In this document: piece after piece, positions 30,151 to 40,390 of the stretch
Layout of the letters: every line of letters starts with the position of its first letter
Position numbering within the stretch: position 1 is the first letter of the stretch
NCBI GenBank assembly: GCA_965140585.1
Contig: OZ223270.1
Location: forward strand, 544,001 to 608,000
From: Spirochaetia bacterium
GTDB taxonomy: Bacteria; Spirochaetota; Spirochaetia; UBA9216
Reading direction: 5' to 3'
DNA: 64,000 bases
Translations under genes and position numbers: made by a program
Notes under the pieces: generated by a model
Told to the model about the DNA's origin: nothing
Databases searched by the model: none
The model's input: only the letters and a program-made list of their open reading frames with translations

Positions 30151-30397
30151 CGCAGCATTTGATCAGTACTATCTACTCATTGATGATGATAGAGCCTTAA
30201 AGATGGTCAATTATTTTCGTTACGGCACTGTTGATGAAACCGAGATTTGGTTAATGAAATATGGATTATCAATAGAAGATGCAGAACAAATCAAAGAATA
30301 TATTTCAGAAATAAGTGCAGATGAGATAATTTTTAATGATGGTTTTTCTAATCTCGATGATGATAGATTAAAAGCTGTTGTAGAGAGGTATGTTTAA
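30151..30397 (+). pseudogene. 3' remnant of a gene truncated by IS copy B, possibly a helicase C-terminus
   Basis: The listed ORF starts inside the IS inverted repeat; YFRYGT...EIWLMKYGLS tail. Confidence 0.4.
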
Positions 30398-30696
30398 TTG
30401 TTAAATAGAAAAACATCCACATTCATTTTATACGGATAAATCTGCTGCACCAACCATTAGCCCTGACGGGGCGAGCTAATGTAGATTAAGTATGAGTCTA
30501 TATAATTGATATTATGCTATATGAAAGCTTAGGTTTTATGTCGTACATATAGATACTTTTTTCTAATCAAAATATAGAAAAATTTTGTCATTTGAGTTCA
30601 TAGAGAAAAAACTACACTTCAAGGAAGGGCTCCCAAATTTAATTGTGGAAATATTTCTCAATTCAATTTCAAAGACATAGAGTGTAGTTATACAAA

Positions 30697-31194
30697 TTAT
30701 TTAATATTGACTTTATATTTTTTTGTATCACTATCAAGTAATAAAAATTGTTCTTCGATATTGTATTCTATTAGCTTTATACCATTTGAAATTTCATTGA
30801 TGCTAATTGGAAAGATGAAATCAAACTGGTTGTCCTTCAGCATGTACTGTTGTTTTCCATTGGTGGAGATAGTTCCCAGATATGAAAAACGGGAAGTATC
30901 GTAGATTGAGACTGCCTGCTGTGGTACGATTTCTTCGATTTCAGCTGGTTGTAAATTGACTGCCTTATAAAACATCTTCTCCAAATAACTTGTAGAGATC
31001 TCCTTTTTGGGGGATATCTCTGTTGTTTTGGGTTCCATTTTGGAAGATATTAATTGAGAGGTAGTGACATTTTCAGTTTTTGTTGAATTGATAAATACCT
31101 CTGATGGAAAGATAAACAGAAATACAAGATATACAGCTGCCAACACAATCGCAGCGATTAGTATTGTTTTTATTATAATTGTAAACCTTTTCAT
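30697..31194 (-). CDS. T2SS-associated bitopic protein (GspC/PilP-like)
   Basis: N-terminal TM, linker, then FSYLGTI beta domain; last gene of the gsp operon. Confidence 0.45.
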   Translation of the reverse strand: MKRFTIIIKTILIAAIVLAAVYLVFLFIFPSEVFINSTKTENVTTSQLISSKMEPKTTEISPKKEISTSYLEKMFYKAVNLQPAEIEEIVPQQAVSIYDTSRFSYLGTISTNGKQQYMLKDNQFDFIFPISINEISNGIKLIEYNIEEQFLLLDSDTKKYKVNIK

Positions 31195-32276
31195 TCAAGT
31201 TCCTCTTCATAACGGATATTGCTGATTATCTGTATGGTTCTTTGGCCCGAATTGCTTTCAGAACTGCTGCCCCCTGGGCGGTATGAATGCTTTATGTCGG
31301 GAATTTCTGCGATGATGATTTCGTGCCTCTGATTATTAGTTCTTATTGTTATCTTCCAGAACCAGGTTTTTGTTCCAAGATAATCGAAGATGATATGGGG
31401 TTCATCCTTAACTGAAAAGATGGATTCAAGCTCACTTGTGTCTATTTCGCTTCCGGTTCTTTGCTGGATAATCGTGTTATAGGTCCTATCAGGATAAGGC
31501 AAAGGATTATCACCAAAATCATAGGATAGGATTTCTTTAAGAAGCTCCTCAGGGATGAAATGAATATTCATAACAGGTATTGCACAAATGAATGGATATA
31601 GTTCGCTTATCGATGTCCCGAGTATGCTTTCAATCTCGTTGTTTGGGATGACGGTATCGTTAATCCTTGCCGTTTGTATTTTCCGTCTGAAGGATTCAGC
31701 CTCGAAGTCCCTGCCGGTTCTTGCCTCAAAAAGCCCGGTAAGCGCAAGCTCGTCTGCAATGTTGATGTTCATGTAGCTGTGGATGGTGATGAAGTTTTCA
31801 AGTCCTTCGTCGGAGAAGTATTCCTCCGACAGTATTTGCGGATTTGATATCAGACCGAGATCATGTCGTAACTGTTCAATCTCAGCCATCGTATGGCTGT
31901 CTTTAAAGATAAGTTTACCGATGCCGGTTTTATCCGTAAGCTCATCACGAAAGAAGTTTGGATTGAACCTGCTTGAACTATCGTTAAGCTCAATTGAAAG
32001 CTCTTCTGTATTTAGTGAACCGACGGTATCCCATACCGGATCTGTTGGTGAATCTGACCCGGGGGTATCATCGGAAAGAAGGCTTTCAATAATATCTTCA
32101 GTGATGTCCCGGATGAGCCTCTCCGTTTCGGTATCGGGAAGCTGTGTAACACTTCTTTTAGATGATGCAATGAGGTATGATAGTCCGATAAAAAGGATTG
32201 AAAGAAAAATTATCAGCATGAACGCGTACGGGGTAGCAAAGCCTTCCCGGAATGAATCAGCAGGCCTTCTACTCAT
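31191..32276 (-). CDS. GspK-like minor pseudopilin
   Basis: EG|FATPYAFMLIIFL class III-like signal, DSSSRFNPN, MNINIA; start overlaps the upstream stop. Confidence 0.65.
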   Translation of the reverse strand: MSRRPADSFREGFATPYAFMLIIFLSILFIGLSYLIASSKRSVTQLPDTETERLIRDITEDIIESLLSDDTPGSDSPTDPVWDTVGSLNTEELSIELNDSSSRFNPNFFRDELTDKTGIGKLIFKDSHTMAEIEQLRHDLGLISNPQILSEEYFSDEGLENFITIHSYMNINIADELALTGLFEARTGRDFEAESFRRKIQTARINDTVIPNNEIESILGTSISELYPFICAIPVMNIHFIPEELLKEILSYDFGDNPLPYPDRTYNTIIQQRTGSEIDTSELESIFSVKDEPHIIFDYLGTKTWFWKITIRTNNQRHEIIIAEIPDIKHSYRPGGSSSESNSGQRTIQIISNIRYEEELE

Positions 32277-32781
32277 TATCATCTCCGTAACGAAGGGAAT
32301 GACTTCCGAAAAGAAGCTTATGCTCGTATGCATTACCGTTTGCATCAAAGAAGACGATATTTATCCCAGCAGGTATTTCATCGATAATCACCGGTTCAAA
32401 CTGTCCGTTTTTCAGGTTTTTATAAACGATCTGTAGCTCATCATTTCTTTCAACGGATAATCCATCTTCACTGAATGAAAGTATTAGAAACGAATTCCTG
32501 TTACCGTTTAGGTAGGGGAGTTCAAGCTGTTCATTACTGCAGCCTGATTCAGGGTACTCTTCCCAGAAGGGGATCTGAATCTCATTGAATGAGTCTTTTA
32601 AAAGCATGCCTGCCTGCTTGGATTCGCGCAGGAAGATCTGCTTCTCCCTGACTGCATTGAAACTTGAAAAAAGCTTCTGGCCGCCTATGAACAGCAGGAG
32701 CGAACCAAGCGATAGAATAAACACTGCAATAACGGTTTCTGTAAGGGTGAAGCCTTCTTCAAGCCGGGAGTACTTATTCAT
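32269..32781 (-). CDS. Minor pseudopilin (GspJ-like)
   Basis: EEG|FTLTETVIAVFIL prepilin motif. Confidence 0.75.
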   Translation of the reverse strand: MNKYSRLEEGFTLTETVIAVFILSLGSLLLFIGGQKLFSSFNAVREKQIFLRESKQAGMLLKDSFNEIQIPFWEEYPESGCSNEQLELPYLNGNRNSFLILSFSEDGLSVERNDELQIVYKNLKNGQFEPVIIDEIPAGINIVFFDANGNAYEHKLLFGSHSLRYGDDNE

Positions 32782-32992
32782 CACAGTAAACAAACTTCTC
32801 AGTATCGAAGAGCTCATTGTTTGCTGCAAGGTACTCAAGGTATGCCGCTTCCTGCCTGACTGATAAGCGGATTATCGATGAATATAGGCCCGCGAACGAG
32901 AGGATGAAGGCCGAAATTATTAAAACGGCGATGAGGGAATCAAGCAGGATGTAGCCATGTGTAAGGCTATTGTGAAGTTTCTTTTTCTTCAA
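32774..32992 (-). CDS. Small minor pseudopilin (GspI-like), start uncertain
   Basis: HG|YILLDSLIAVLII prepilin-like motif; probable TTG start at 32992. Confidence 0.6.
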   Translation of the reverse strand: MKKKKLHNSLTHGYILLDSLIAVLIISAFILSFAGLYSSIIRLSVRQEAAYLEYLAANNELFDTEKFVYCDE

Positions 32993-33536
32993 TTTTCTGT
33001 TCCAGCTTCTTGACGGCATCGATCGAATATCCAGATTTTCTCAAAACTGCAATATATTCCTTGCTTTCGGAATATCTGCCCTCATAGTAGCTGCACACAG
33101 CAGCCAGGTAGTATAGCACTGGATCATCTTCATCTATCTTGAAAGCCCTGGAAAGCAGCTTCTCAGCTTTTTCATAATCACGTTTTTTGATATTTGATTC
33201 AATCTCATTCCTGAAATAGGCCATCGATGACATCTTAAGGTACAGTACCTGTTTGGGATCGAAAAAATCAATCTCGGTTTCTATTGTTTCGAATCCCGGC
33301 TTTGTGATGCTTATCTGGTATTGCCCCTCTTTCAGCTCCGGGATTATGAACCTCCCATCTATGTCAGTTGTGTATTCCTTATCGGAGTCGACCGTCACTG
33401 TTGCTCCGGCGACGGGGCTGCTGTAATTGTCGAATATGATTCCGGCAAGATTAGCCGGGAAGAAGTTTTCCGGTGTTGATGCACAGCCTGAAAAGATTAG
33501 CGCCAATACGGAAAAGATAATGTATCTCTTTTTCAT
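32967..33536 (-). CDS. Lipoprotein with carboxypeptidase-regulatory-like beta domain and TPR
   Basis: Lipobox FSGC; PVAGATV...TDIDGRF...KPGFET; helical TPR-like tail. Confidence 0.75.
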   Translation of the reverse strand: MKKRYIIFSVLALIFSGCASTPENFFPANLAGIIFDNYSSPVAGATVTVDSDKEYTTDIDGRFIIPELKEGQYQISITKPGFETIETEIDFFDPKQVLYLKMSSMAYFRNEIESNIKKRDYEKAEKLLSRAFKIDEDDPVLYYLAAVCSYYEGRYSESKEYIAVLRKSGYSIDAVKKLEQKIEEKETSQ

Positions 33537-34063
33537 GGGTTTTCCTTAGTAAAAGATTGAACGGTTACAAAATTGATCATCAAAGACAGGTTGTAGATGT
33601 TCTTTGCAGAATTATAGCTTAATGAAACCTGGTCGACATCGATCTTCTTTTTATAATTGTACAGGAACTGAAGGTATTCGAGGATGGACCTGATTTCGCC
33701 TTCGGCCGAAATATTGATCCGCTTTGGATCTGATGATTCGTTTGTGCTGTAATTACTTACCGTAACTCGCCTGTTCTTTGCAGCATCGATAACAATATCG
33801 CAGAACTCGTAAAACTTGATCTCATCCTCCGAGAAGAGGGAGGATGCAAGCTTATCATAGTTCTGCTGAGACTGCTCGAGTTCTTTTGATAGATCTATAT
33901 ACCCGGTTTGTACCGATGCAAGACTGATATTTTCATTGCCGAGCCTTGATAATTTTTCCTTATTGCTGTTTATGCTGTTAAGGTTCCAGCTGATAAAGAG
34001 TATTATGGGAACGAGCAGGGTGAGCATCAGAATCCTCAACATGAGCAGTCTTTGTCTATCCAT
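33533..34063 (-). CDS. GspM/PilO-like inner-membrane protein
   Basis: TM, coiled coil, ferredoxin-like tail (SAEGEIRSILEYL); likely start MDRQ at 34063. Confidence 0.6.
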   Translation of the reverse strand: MDRQRLLMLRILMLTLLVPIILFISWNLNSINSNKEKLSRLGNENISLASVQTGYIDLSKELEQSQQNYDKLASSLFSEDEIKFYEFCDIVIDAAKNRRVTVSNYSTNESSDPKRINISAEGEIRSILEYLQFLYNYKKKIDVDQVSLSYNSAKNIYNLSLMINFVTVQSFTKENP

Positions 34064-35024
34064 TGAACCGCCCCGATAGTGAGAACCGAAACCCCTCATC
34101 ATCGTCCTGAATCCTCTGAATGCTTACATCGGAGAACATCCCGTTTTTCGAAAGGCTGTCCGAAACATCGATTGGATTTCTGCTGACAGCTTCCATAGAG
34201 AAGGATTTGTTCTGTACCGATATCCTTCTGATCTTGATATCGCCCCCGACAATACTGTACAGCTCTGTTAAAAGTACATACGGACTGTTTATTTCTTCAG
34301 ACTCAAATGCATCAATGCTAGATGTGATTTCTGAGATCTCTTTTTCCAGCTCGGTGTTCTGGGCCTGATACTGGACAATGCGGTTTTGCATTGAGATTCG
34401 TTTTGAAACCTCCGCATCTAAAAGTGCCGAGTACTTAAAACTGATGCCGCCAGCCAGCAGAAGCAGGATTGCGGCAAGAATATAGAATTCAATGAAGCTG
34501 AACGCCCTGCTATTTCTGATTCTTTTAAAACGGTTGAAATCCGTAAACCGGGGAGTTTTTAAAATCAGGCTTTGATCTAATTGCAGCGGGCTGTCCTCGG
34601 GCTTATCCAGGAATATCCATCTTGTGTTGATATCCGGAACTGATAATTCGGAAGCCCTCAGATCGCTCAACTGGGAACGCTGCGGTATTCCATCTTTTAT
34701 GAAGATCCTCTCGATAAGTTTTCCATGGGAAATACAGAGGCATTCAATTTCATCAAGTTTTCCCGAAAGCTCCGGAAGTATGAATGCCGGAATCACCGGT
34801 TTTCTTTTTCCAAAATCAGCCGAAGCCGCCTTTGTGATAAAAACGATTACAGCGGTATTGGTTCCGAATATCCGGTAGATATATTCATATGCACCGTTGT
34901 TTCCAGGATATATGGAATGAATCTTTGAGTCTACGTAATCATCAAGAGATTGATTTTCCTTGTCTTTGGGTATATCCAGAAAGCGGACATCGTAATGCTC
35001 CCTGGATAAGATATAATCAGACAT
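34056..35024 (-). CDS. GspL/PilN-like protein
   Basis: Cytoplasmic domain, one TM, coiled coil, PilN-like periplasmic tail. Confidence 0.6.
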   Translation of the reverse strand: MSDYILSREHYDVRFLDIPKDKENQSLDDYVDSKIHSIYPGNNGAYEYIYRIFGTNTAVIVFITKAASADFGKRKPVIPAFILPELSGKLDEIECLCISHGKLIERIFIKDGIPQRSQLSDLRASELSVPDINTRWIFLDKPEDSPLQLDQSLILKTPRFTDFNRFKRIRNSRAFSFIEFYILAAILLLLAGGISFKYSALLDAEVSKRISMQNRIVQYQAQNTELEKEISEITSSIDAFESEEINSPYVLLTELYSIVGGDIKIRRISVQNKSFSMEAVSRNPIDVSDSLSKNGMFSDVSIQRIQDDDEGFRFSLSGRFNG

Positions 35025-35464
35025 CAGTTATCCCAGGAGGTAATATCCTTGTTCAGATCTTCCCCGCCTTCAAGCCCGTCGGCTCCAAATGATCTTATCC
35101 CGAAGGGCAGTCCATTCGGACCGGGAACCGTGTACTCAAACTCGTTTCCCCACGGATCGGAAGGCACTTCCTTTTCAAGGTAGGGGCCGTTCCAGTCCTC
35201 GGGAACTGGTGAGATATTCGTCTTCTTCCACAGGGCATCGAGGCCCTGATCCTGTGAAGGAAACTGCTTGTTGTCAAAGAAGTAGGAGTTAAGTGCCAGA
35301 CTCAGGTTTTCGATCTGGGTCCTGGCTGTAACAACCTTTGCCTTGTCTATGTATTTGAAGGCCATAAATCCTACAGAGCTTGTGAGTATTAAAACGATTG
35401 CAATGACAATCAATGTTTCAACGAAAGTCCAGCCTTCTTCAAGTTTCTTCTTTATCTCTTTCAT
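35024..35464 (-). CDS. gspG: T2SS major pseudopilin
   Basis: G|WTFVETLIV, QGLDAL, WNGPYL, DPWGNEFEY, SFGADG. Confidence 0.95.
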   Translation of the reverse strand: MKEIKKKLEEGWTFVETLIVIAIVLILTSSVGFMAFKYIDKAKVVTARTQIENLSLALNSYFFDNKQFPSQDQGLDALWKKTNISPVPEDWNGPYLEKEVPSDPWGNEFEYTVPGPNGLPFGIRSFGADGLEGGEDLNKDITSWDN

Positions 35465-35479
35465 AAAATCTCCAAATGT

Positions 35480-36532
35480 CTATGCTATCGTACCGAAGAG
35501 CGAAAACAGCGGCACAATAAAATTGAGGATGAGGTATATAATTATCGCTCCCACAAGGATGGTGAGCAGAGGTTCGATTACTCCAAGCAGTCTGGTCGTA
35601 AGGTTTTCAATCTCGGATTCGTAGTAGATTCTAAGCTGGGCGAATACAAGCTCCGTCTGTCCCGTATTCTCCCCGATACCAATCCACTGTATCATCCGCG
35701 AAGGAATTTCCTTATGGACAGAGAATGCCTTGTGAAGGCCACGGCCAGAAACGAGATCTCGGTTTACCGATGTGAATATCTCCTTAAGCCTTGCGTTGCT
35801 GCAAACCTCCTTTGCCTCAAGGACGGCAGAGGATAAAGGGATACCGTGCTTTGTGAGGGTTTCAACCGCAAAGGTAAAATTGAATATGTCTATTGTCTTA
35901 ACAATATCAGAGACAAAAGGAAGCCTCAGTATCAGTTTATCCGTTGCCGATTTTACACGCTCAGCTCTCCGTCTGATAACCGCGGTTGCTGCAAACAGCA
36001 GGATTAGAAGGATTAACCCCAGACCCGTAAGCTTTAGCCCGGTTATTCTTGCCTGAAAGGATTCGAGCTGTGATCCATTTCCGGCAATCTCGCTAAACAG
36101 CTCCTCTATCTTTGGGATTCCGAAGAGCATCAGAAAGAAGAGCCCTGTAAAAAGCATTACAAGCACCATCAACGGATAGATGGAAGCGTTTATGAACTTG
36201 TCACGGACCTTTTTATTCCTTTCAAGGTAGGTCTTAAGTGTAGGCAGGATTGTGGATAATGAGCCTATCCGATCGCCGATGTTTACAAGCCCGCTGTACA
36301 ATGGTGGAAGGCTGTAATTGCCCTTTTCGAAGAGGCTTGAAAGTGAGTTTCCCTTCTTTAGTCCCTGTTGGAGGTACTCAGTCAGTTCCCTAAGCCTCTT
36401 CCCTGATGTGAAGCTGTTAATCATTTGAATCGAGTTGTATACCGAAAGCCCCGAGTTAAGCAGAAGCGAGAGGTTTGATGTGAAATCAAGCAGCTCGCGT
36501 GTTTTAAGGCGTTTTGCTTTGTTATTGCTCAT
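35480..36532 (-). CDS. gspF: T2SS platform protein
   Basis: FTSNLSLLLNSGL, ASIYP, IGENTG, IEPLL. Confidence 0.9.
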   Translation of the reverse strand: MSNNKAKRLKTRELLDFTSNLSLLLNSGLSVYNSIQMINSFTSGKRLRELTEYLQQGLKKGNSLSSLFEKGNYSLPPLYSGLVNIGDRIGSLSTILPTLKTYLERNKKVRDKFINASIYPLMVLVMLFTGLFFLMLFGIPKIEELFSEIAGNGSQLESFQARITGLKLTGLGLILLILLFAATAVIRRRAERVKSATDKLILRLPFVSDIVKTIDIFNFTFAVETLTKHGIPLSSAVLEAKEVCSNARLKEIFTSVNRDLVSGRGLHKAFSVHKEIPSRMIQWIGIGENTGQTELVFAQLRIYYESEIENLTTRLLGVIEPLLTILVGAIIIYLILNFIVPLFSLFGTIA

Positions 36533-37998
36533 ATCACCCTCTCGATTTCAGACAAGTCGGTGATGCCTTCGATAGTTTTTTGAAGCCCGTTTTTAAAAAG
36601 GACCGAAAACTCCTCTTTTTCAAGCTGTGCAGAAAGGATGTTGTTAGGAGAGTTTTTGACTATCAGATCCTCAAGCTCTGGGGATGTTACAAAGCTTTCC
36701 GCAACTGTGGTTCGTCCCGAATAGCCTGTATGGTTACATTTGGGGCAGCCCTGATGGTGAAAGCTTGAATCGGTTTCAAGTCCGTATTTTGCATAGATGG
36801 ACCTTTGGGCGTTTGAGAGTTTCTTTTCTATTTTACAATCAGGGCAGAGAACCCTGACCAGCCTCTGGGCAACCGCGCCCCGAAGAACCGCCGCAAGCAG
36901 GTATGATTCGACCCCCATATTGATGAGCCTGTGAACGGATGATACGGCGTCATTCGTGTGAAGTGATGATAAAACAAGGTGCCCCGTCAGGGCGGCACGG
37001 ACTGCAAGCTGGGCTGTGTCGGAATCCCTTATCTCACCGACCATTATGATATTAGGATCCTGTCGAAGAACCCTGCGAAGTAGCGAGTGGAATGTCAGCC
37101 CGATCTCATCGTTCGTCTGGATCTGATTAACACCGTCTATACGGTACTCGACTGGATCCTCGATTGTAACGATCTTGTTCGACTGGTGATCGAGGTTTCT
37201 GATAATTGCATTGAGACTGGTTGTCTTCCCCGAACCTGTAGGTCCGGTAAACAAAACGAGACCGTGAGGCTGGTTGTACAGCTCAATGATATTTTCCTTA
37301 ACAGGGTCGGAGAATCCAAGATCATCGATGCCAAGAATAGCCCCCTTTCGGTTGAAGAGCCTTAGTACTATCGATTCTCCTCCGGTGATTGGGACTATTG
37401 AAAGCCTCATATCAAGCTCAACGCCTGCAATACTCACCGAAACGCGGCCGTCCTGAGGCAGTCTTCTTTCCATGATATTGAGATCGGCCATGATCTTGAT
37501 TCTGCTTGATACCGGTGAGAAATATGATGCATCGTATTCCATCACCGGAACAAGTACTCCGTCAATCCGGTAGCGGATTGTAAGCCTGTCGCTACGGCCT
37601 TCGATGTGGATATCTGATGCTTTTTTCTGGATGGCCTCGATGAAGATCGAGTTGACCAGGTTGATTATAGGCGCGTCATCTGCAAAGGTGTCGATCTCTA
37701 TATGGTTGTTTACGCCCGCAGAAGATTCGTAGCTCGAAGCCCCTGATAACGCCCTTCCGAGGTAAATTGTAAAATCTTCCGGTTCAATCTCTACAAACTC
37801 GACCTTTCCTCGATGAAAATCTTCTATCTCATCGAGCAGTTCCCGGCTATACGGTGGGCATATACCGACTATCGATAGTCCTTCGTTGTTTACTCCGAGC
37901 TGAAGCACCTTGTTTTTCTCCATGAACTTCACAGCATACTGCTCATGAAGCGGTGGAAGAGGTTCAAAATCCTTTATTGCGGCCTTTCGTATATTCAT
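36529..37998 (-). CDS. gspE: T2SS assembly ATPase
   Basis: ASDIHIE, RLPQDG, GPTGSGKTT, TIEDPVE, RQDPNIIMVGEIRD, tetracysteine motif. Confidence 0.95.
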   Translation of the reverse strand: MNIRKAAIKDFEPLPPLHEQYAVKFMEKNKVLQLGVNNEGLSIVGICPPYSRELLDEIEDFHRGKVEFVEIEPEDFTIYLGRALSGASSYESSAGVNNHIEIDTFADDAPIINLVNSIFIEAIQKKASDIHIEGRSDRLTIRYRIDGVLVPVMEYDASYFSPVSSRIKIMADLNIMERRLPQDGRVSVSIAGVELDMRLSIVPITGGESIVLRLFNRKGAILGIDDLGFSDPVKENIIELYNQPHGLVLFTGPTGSGKTTSLNAIIRNLDHQSNKIVTIEDPVEYRIDGVNQIQTNDEIGLTFHSLLRRVLRQDPNIIMVGEIRDSDTAQLAVRAALTGHLVLSSLHTNDAVSSVHRLINMGVESYLLAAVLRGAVAQRLVRVLCPDCKIEKKLSNAQRSIYAKYGLETDSSFHHQGCPKCNHTGYSGRTTVAESFVTSPELEDLIVKNSPNNILSAQLEKEEFSVLFKNGLQKTIEGITDLSEIERVI

Positions 37999-40175
37999 GA
38001 TTCGGGGAAAAACTCTTCCGACAGCCTGGCTATCTCATCTTCGGGTGCAAGGGCTTCATCTCCTGCCTCATCCTCAACAAGGTAGGGTATGAGGTAAACT
38101 ACAAACTCGGTGTTCTCTTCGGTATTGCTGATGCTCCTGAAAAGAAAGCCGATTAGAGGAATATCCCCAAGGATTGGAACTTTTGAAACAGATTCCGTAA
38201 CTTCCTTCTGCATCAGCCCGCCTATTACTATAGGTTTTCCTGATGGTGTTCGAAGGTGAGTATTGATCACCCTTTCCGTGGTAGGAGGCAGCTCGTTTTC
38301 GCTGTTGCTGTCGGTATCGCTCTCCTTTGAAATGGTTGACTCCACCTCCATAGTGATCATGTTATCACCCGAAACCCAGCCTGTTATTTCCATGAACAGA
38401 CCGGTTGAAATCTCGCTTGTGACACCCGTGTAGGTAACATCACCATCATCATCAACCTCGTACTCCTGATAGCGGTATGTGGAGCTGTTTTGGAAGCTGA
38501 CCGTTTGTCCCGTAAGCCCATGCAGGGTAGTGTCTGCCATAACCTCGGCCGTGCTGTTGCTAAGAGCCGTGTTGAGCTCAACTGCAAAGAGGTAGCCGAA
38601 TGTTGAGAGTATATCGAAATCAAGTGAAAGAAGGCTTCCAATCGCTCCAAGGAAGACCGATTCGCTGTCGTCATCGGATTCTGAGTTTGAAACGCTTATA
38701 TCAAAATCGAGCCCCTTGCTTTTCTGGTACTGGATAATCATCAGCTTGTATCTTAGCTGTGGTTCAGGAACATCAATTTCGGCAACAAGCTGTTTAAGGT
38801 ATTCCATTCTGGAAGTACTGCCTATGAAGTACACTGTGGACTGGCTTCCCGTATCCTTAAAATCATCGGAGGTGAACGGGGGCGGCGGGTTTCCAAGGAA
38901 ATCCTCTGCCTTTAGATATTTAAAGGTAAGCACATGTGTTTCCCGTGGGACATCCATTGCATGAAGCAGGTTTTCTACTTCATTCTTCTGTTCCTTGGTA
39001 TAGAAGCCAAGAAACGAATGTGCATCCTTGAGCACTATGGGCTGGGGTGCTTTCAGTCGCTGCGGGAATGACTCGATGGCTGTTGACGGCTCGATGAAAT
39101 CAAGGGCGAAGGTGTAATACTGTTTATTGGTTTGAGGTTTGTCTATTGCCTTCAAGTAATCTTTAAGCGGCCTAAGTTCCTCAAGGCTTCCGCTCAGTAT
39201 CAGGGAGTTGCGGTCGTTGTCTAGCTTGTAGAAACTGCTGGAACTAAGTAGATTAGGAAGCAGGCCTGGAACATCTTCTACTGAGAGGTAATTAAGCGGA
39301 TAGTATTCGGATGATTTGTATTGCTTGAGGATATCCTGCCGGTTTATGTCAAACAGATAGTATATTTCGTTATGTACAGTATAATCACCGCCGGTCTGCA
39401 CCAACAGCAGCCTCAGCAGGTCATCGAAGCTTTTATCCGTATATTCAAGGTCCTTAAGCGATGCGGAAGATTTGAAAAGAAGGACGTATTCCTTCCCGGC
39501 CTTGTCAAACAGTTCATCCAGGACGGAGAGTAGATCTCCACGTTCGATGTTTAGGTTGTAGCTGCCTTGACTGCTAAGGGTAATTGATTCTTCAGATGAT
39601 TTATCAGAACCGGCACTCTGTGAAGCCTGTTGCCGCTTTATGTAATAATAATCGTTGTCTGTAAACAGTGAGTAATCGGTAAATCTTTCCACAATCATCG
39701 AAAGGAAACTTTCCGGTGTGATTACAATGCTGTTTAATGTAAGCCGTTCGGATGGCAGGGGATCAAAGAGTATTGTCTTCCCGATTGCCCTGGATGTCTC
39801 CTGAAGTATGTTAAACAGGTTTGCCTCGTTTGTTCTAATGGAAAATAGTCCTCTTGCTGGATCATAAACAGCATCAATTCTGGATATCGAGTACATCCTC
39901 TCGCCTATCTTTTTGTAGAAAAACCCATATTTTGTACTGAGACTGTCCATAGCTTCTTCAAATGTAGTATTTGAAAAACGGTAAGTGACTGTTCCAGTTA
40001 CTGTTTCATCTGGAAGTATTGAATTTCCGGTTGCAGAACCAAGTGCTATTAGCACATCTGAGAGAGGTTTGTTTCTGAATTCAATATCATTAATCGGCTG
40101 TTGCGCTGAAACTGAAAAAATCAAAATAAAGAAAAAAAATACTAATAAAATGCTGATAAGCCGGGATTTTTGCAT
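37995..40175 (-). CDS. gspD: T2SS secretin
   Basis: Signal peptide, repeated N domains, secretin signature IVIGGL...KVPILGDIPLIGFLF...EFVVYLIP. Confidence 0.92.
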   Translation of the reverse strand: MQKSRLISILLVFFFFILIFSVSAQQPINDIEFRNKPLSDVLIALGSATGNSILPDETVTGTVTYRFSNTTFEEAMDSLSTKYGFFYKKIGERMYSISRIDAVYDPARGLFSIRTNEANLFNILQETSRAIGKTILFDPLPSERLTLNSIVITPESFLSMIVERFTDYSLFTDNDYYYIKRQQASQSAGSDKSSEESITLSSQGSYNLNIERGDLLSVLDELFDKAGKEYVLLFKSSASLKDLEYTDKSFDDLLRLLLVQTGGDYTVHNEIYYLFDINRQDILKQYKSSEYYPLNYLSVEDVPGLLPNLLSSSSFYKLDNDRNSLILSGSLEELRPLKDYLKAIDKPQTNKQYYTFALDFIEPSTAIESFPQRLKAPQPIVLKDAHSFLGFYTKEQKNEVENLLHAMDVPRETHVLTFKYLKAEDFLGNPPPPFTSDDFKDTGSQSTVYFIGSTSRMEYLKQLVAEIDVPEPQLRYKLMIIQYQKSKGLDFDISVSNSESDDDSESVFLGAIGSLLSLDFDILSTFGYLFAVELNTALSNSTAEVMADTTLHGLTGQTVSFQNSSTYRYQEYEVDDDGDVTYTGVTSEISTGLFMEITGWVSGDNMITMEVESTISKESDTDSNSENELPPTTERVINTHLRTPSGKPIVIGGLMQKEVTESVSKVPILGDIPLIGFLFRSISNTEENTEFVVYLIPYLVEDEAGDEALAPEDEIARLSEEFFPES

Positions 40176-40390
40176 TTATAGATTTACCTTGTTAAATTAG
40201 TCTACAAATTATTTTATAGGTAGTCTCTTTGTCTGTCAATTTCTATGGAAATAAAAGGAATTATTAAAATATTCAAAATCAAGATTTTTGAGAAAATTAT
40301 TGATCGAAGGTAAAACATGTGCTAATGTTTTGAGCAAATTCATTAATAATAAAGTTAATTTAAAATAGAAAGGAAAAAAATGACATCTTC

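Noticed and set aside
31783-32436. Short antisense or overlapping ORFs in the track (for example the 217-aa + strand ORF here, 16462-17001, 55456-55707)
   Set aside because: Shadow frames of well-supported genes or IS ends, with no motifs or ribosome-binding sites
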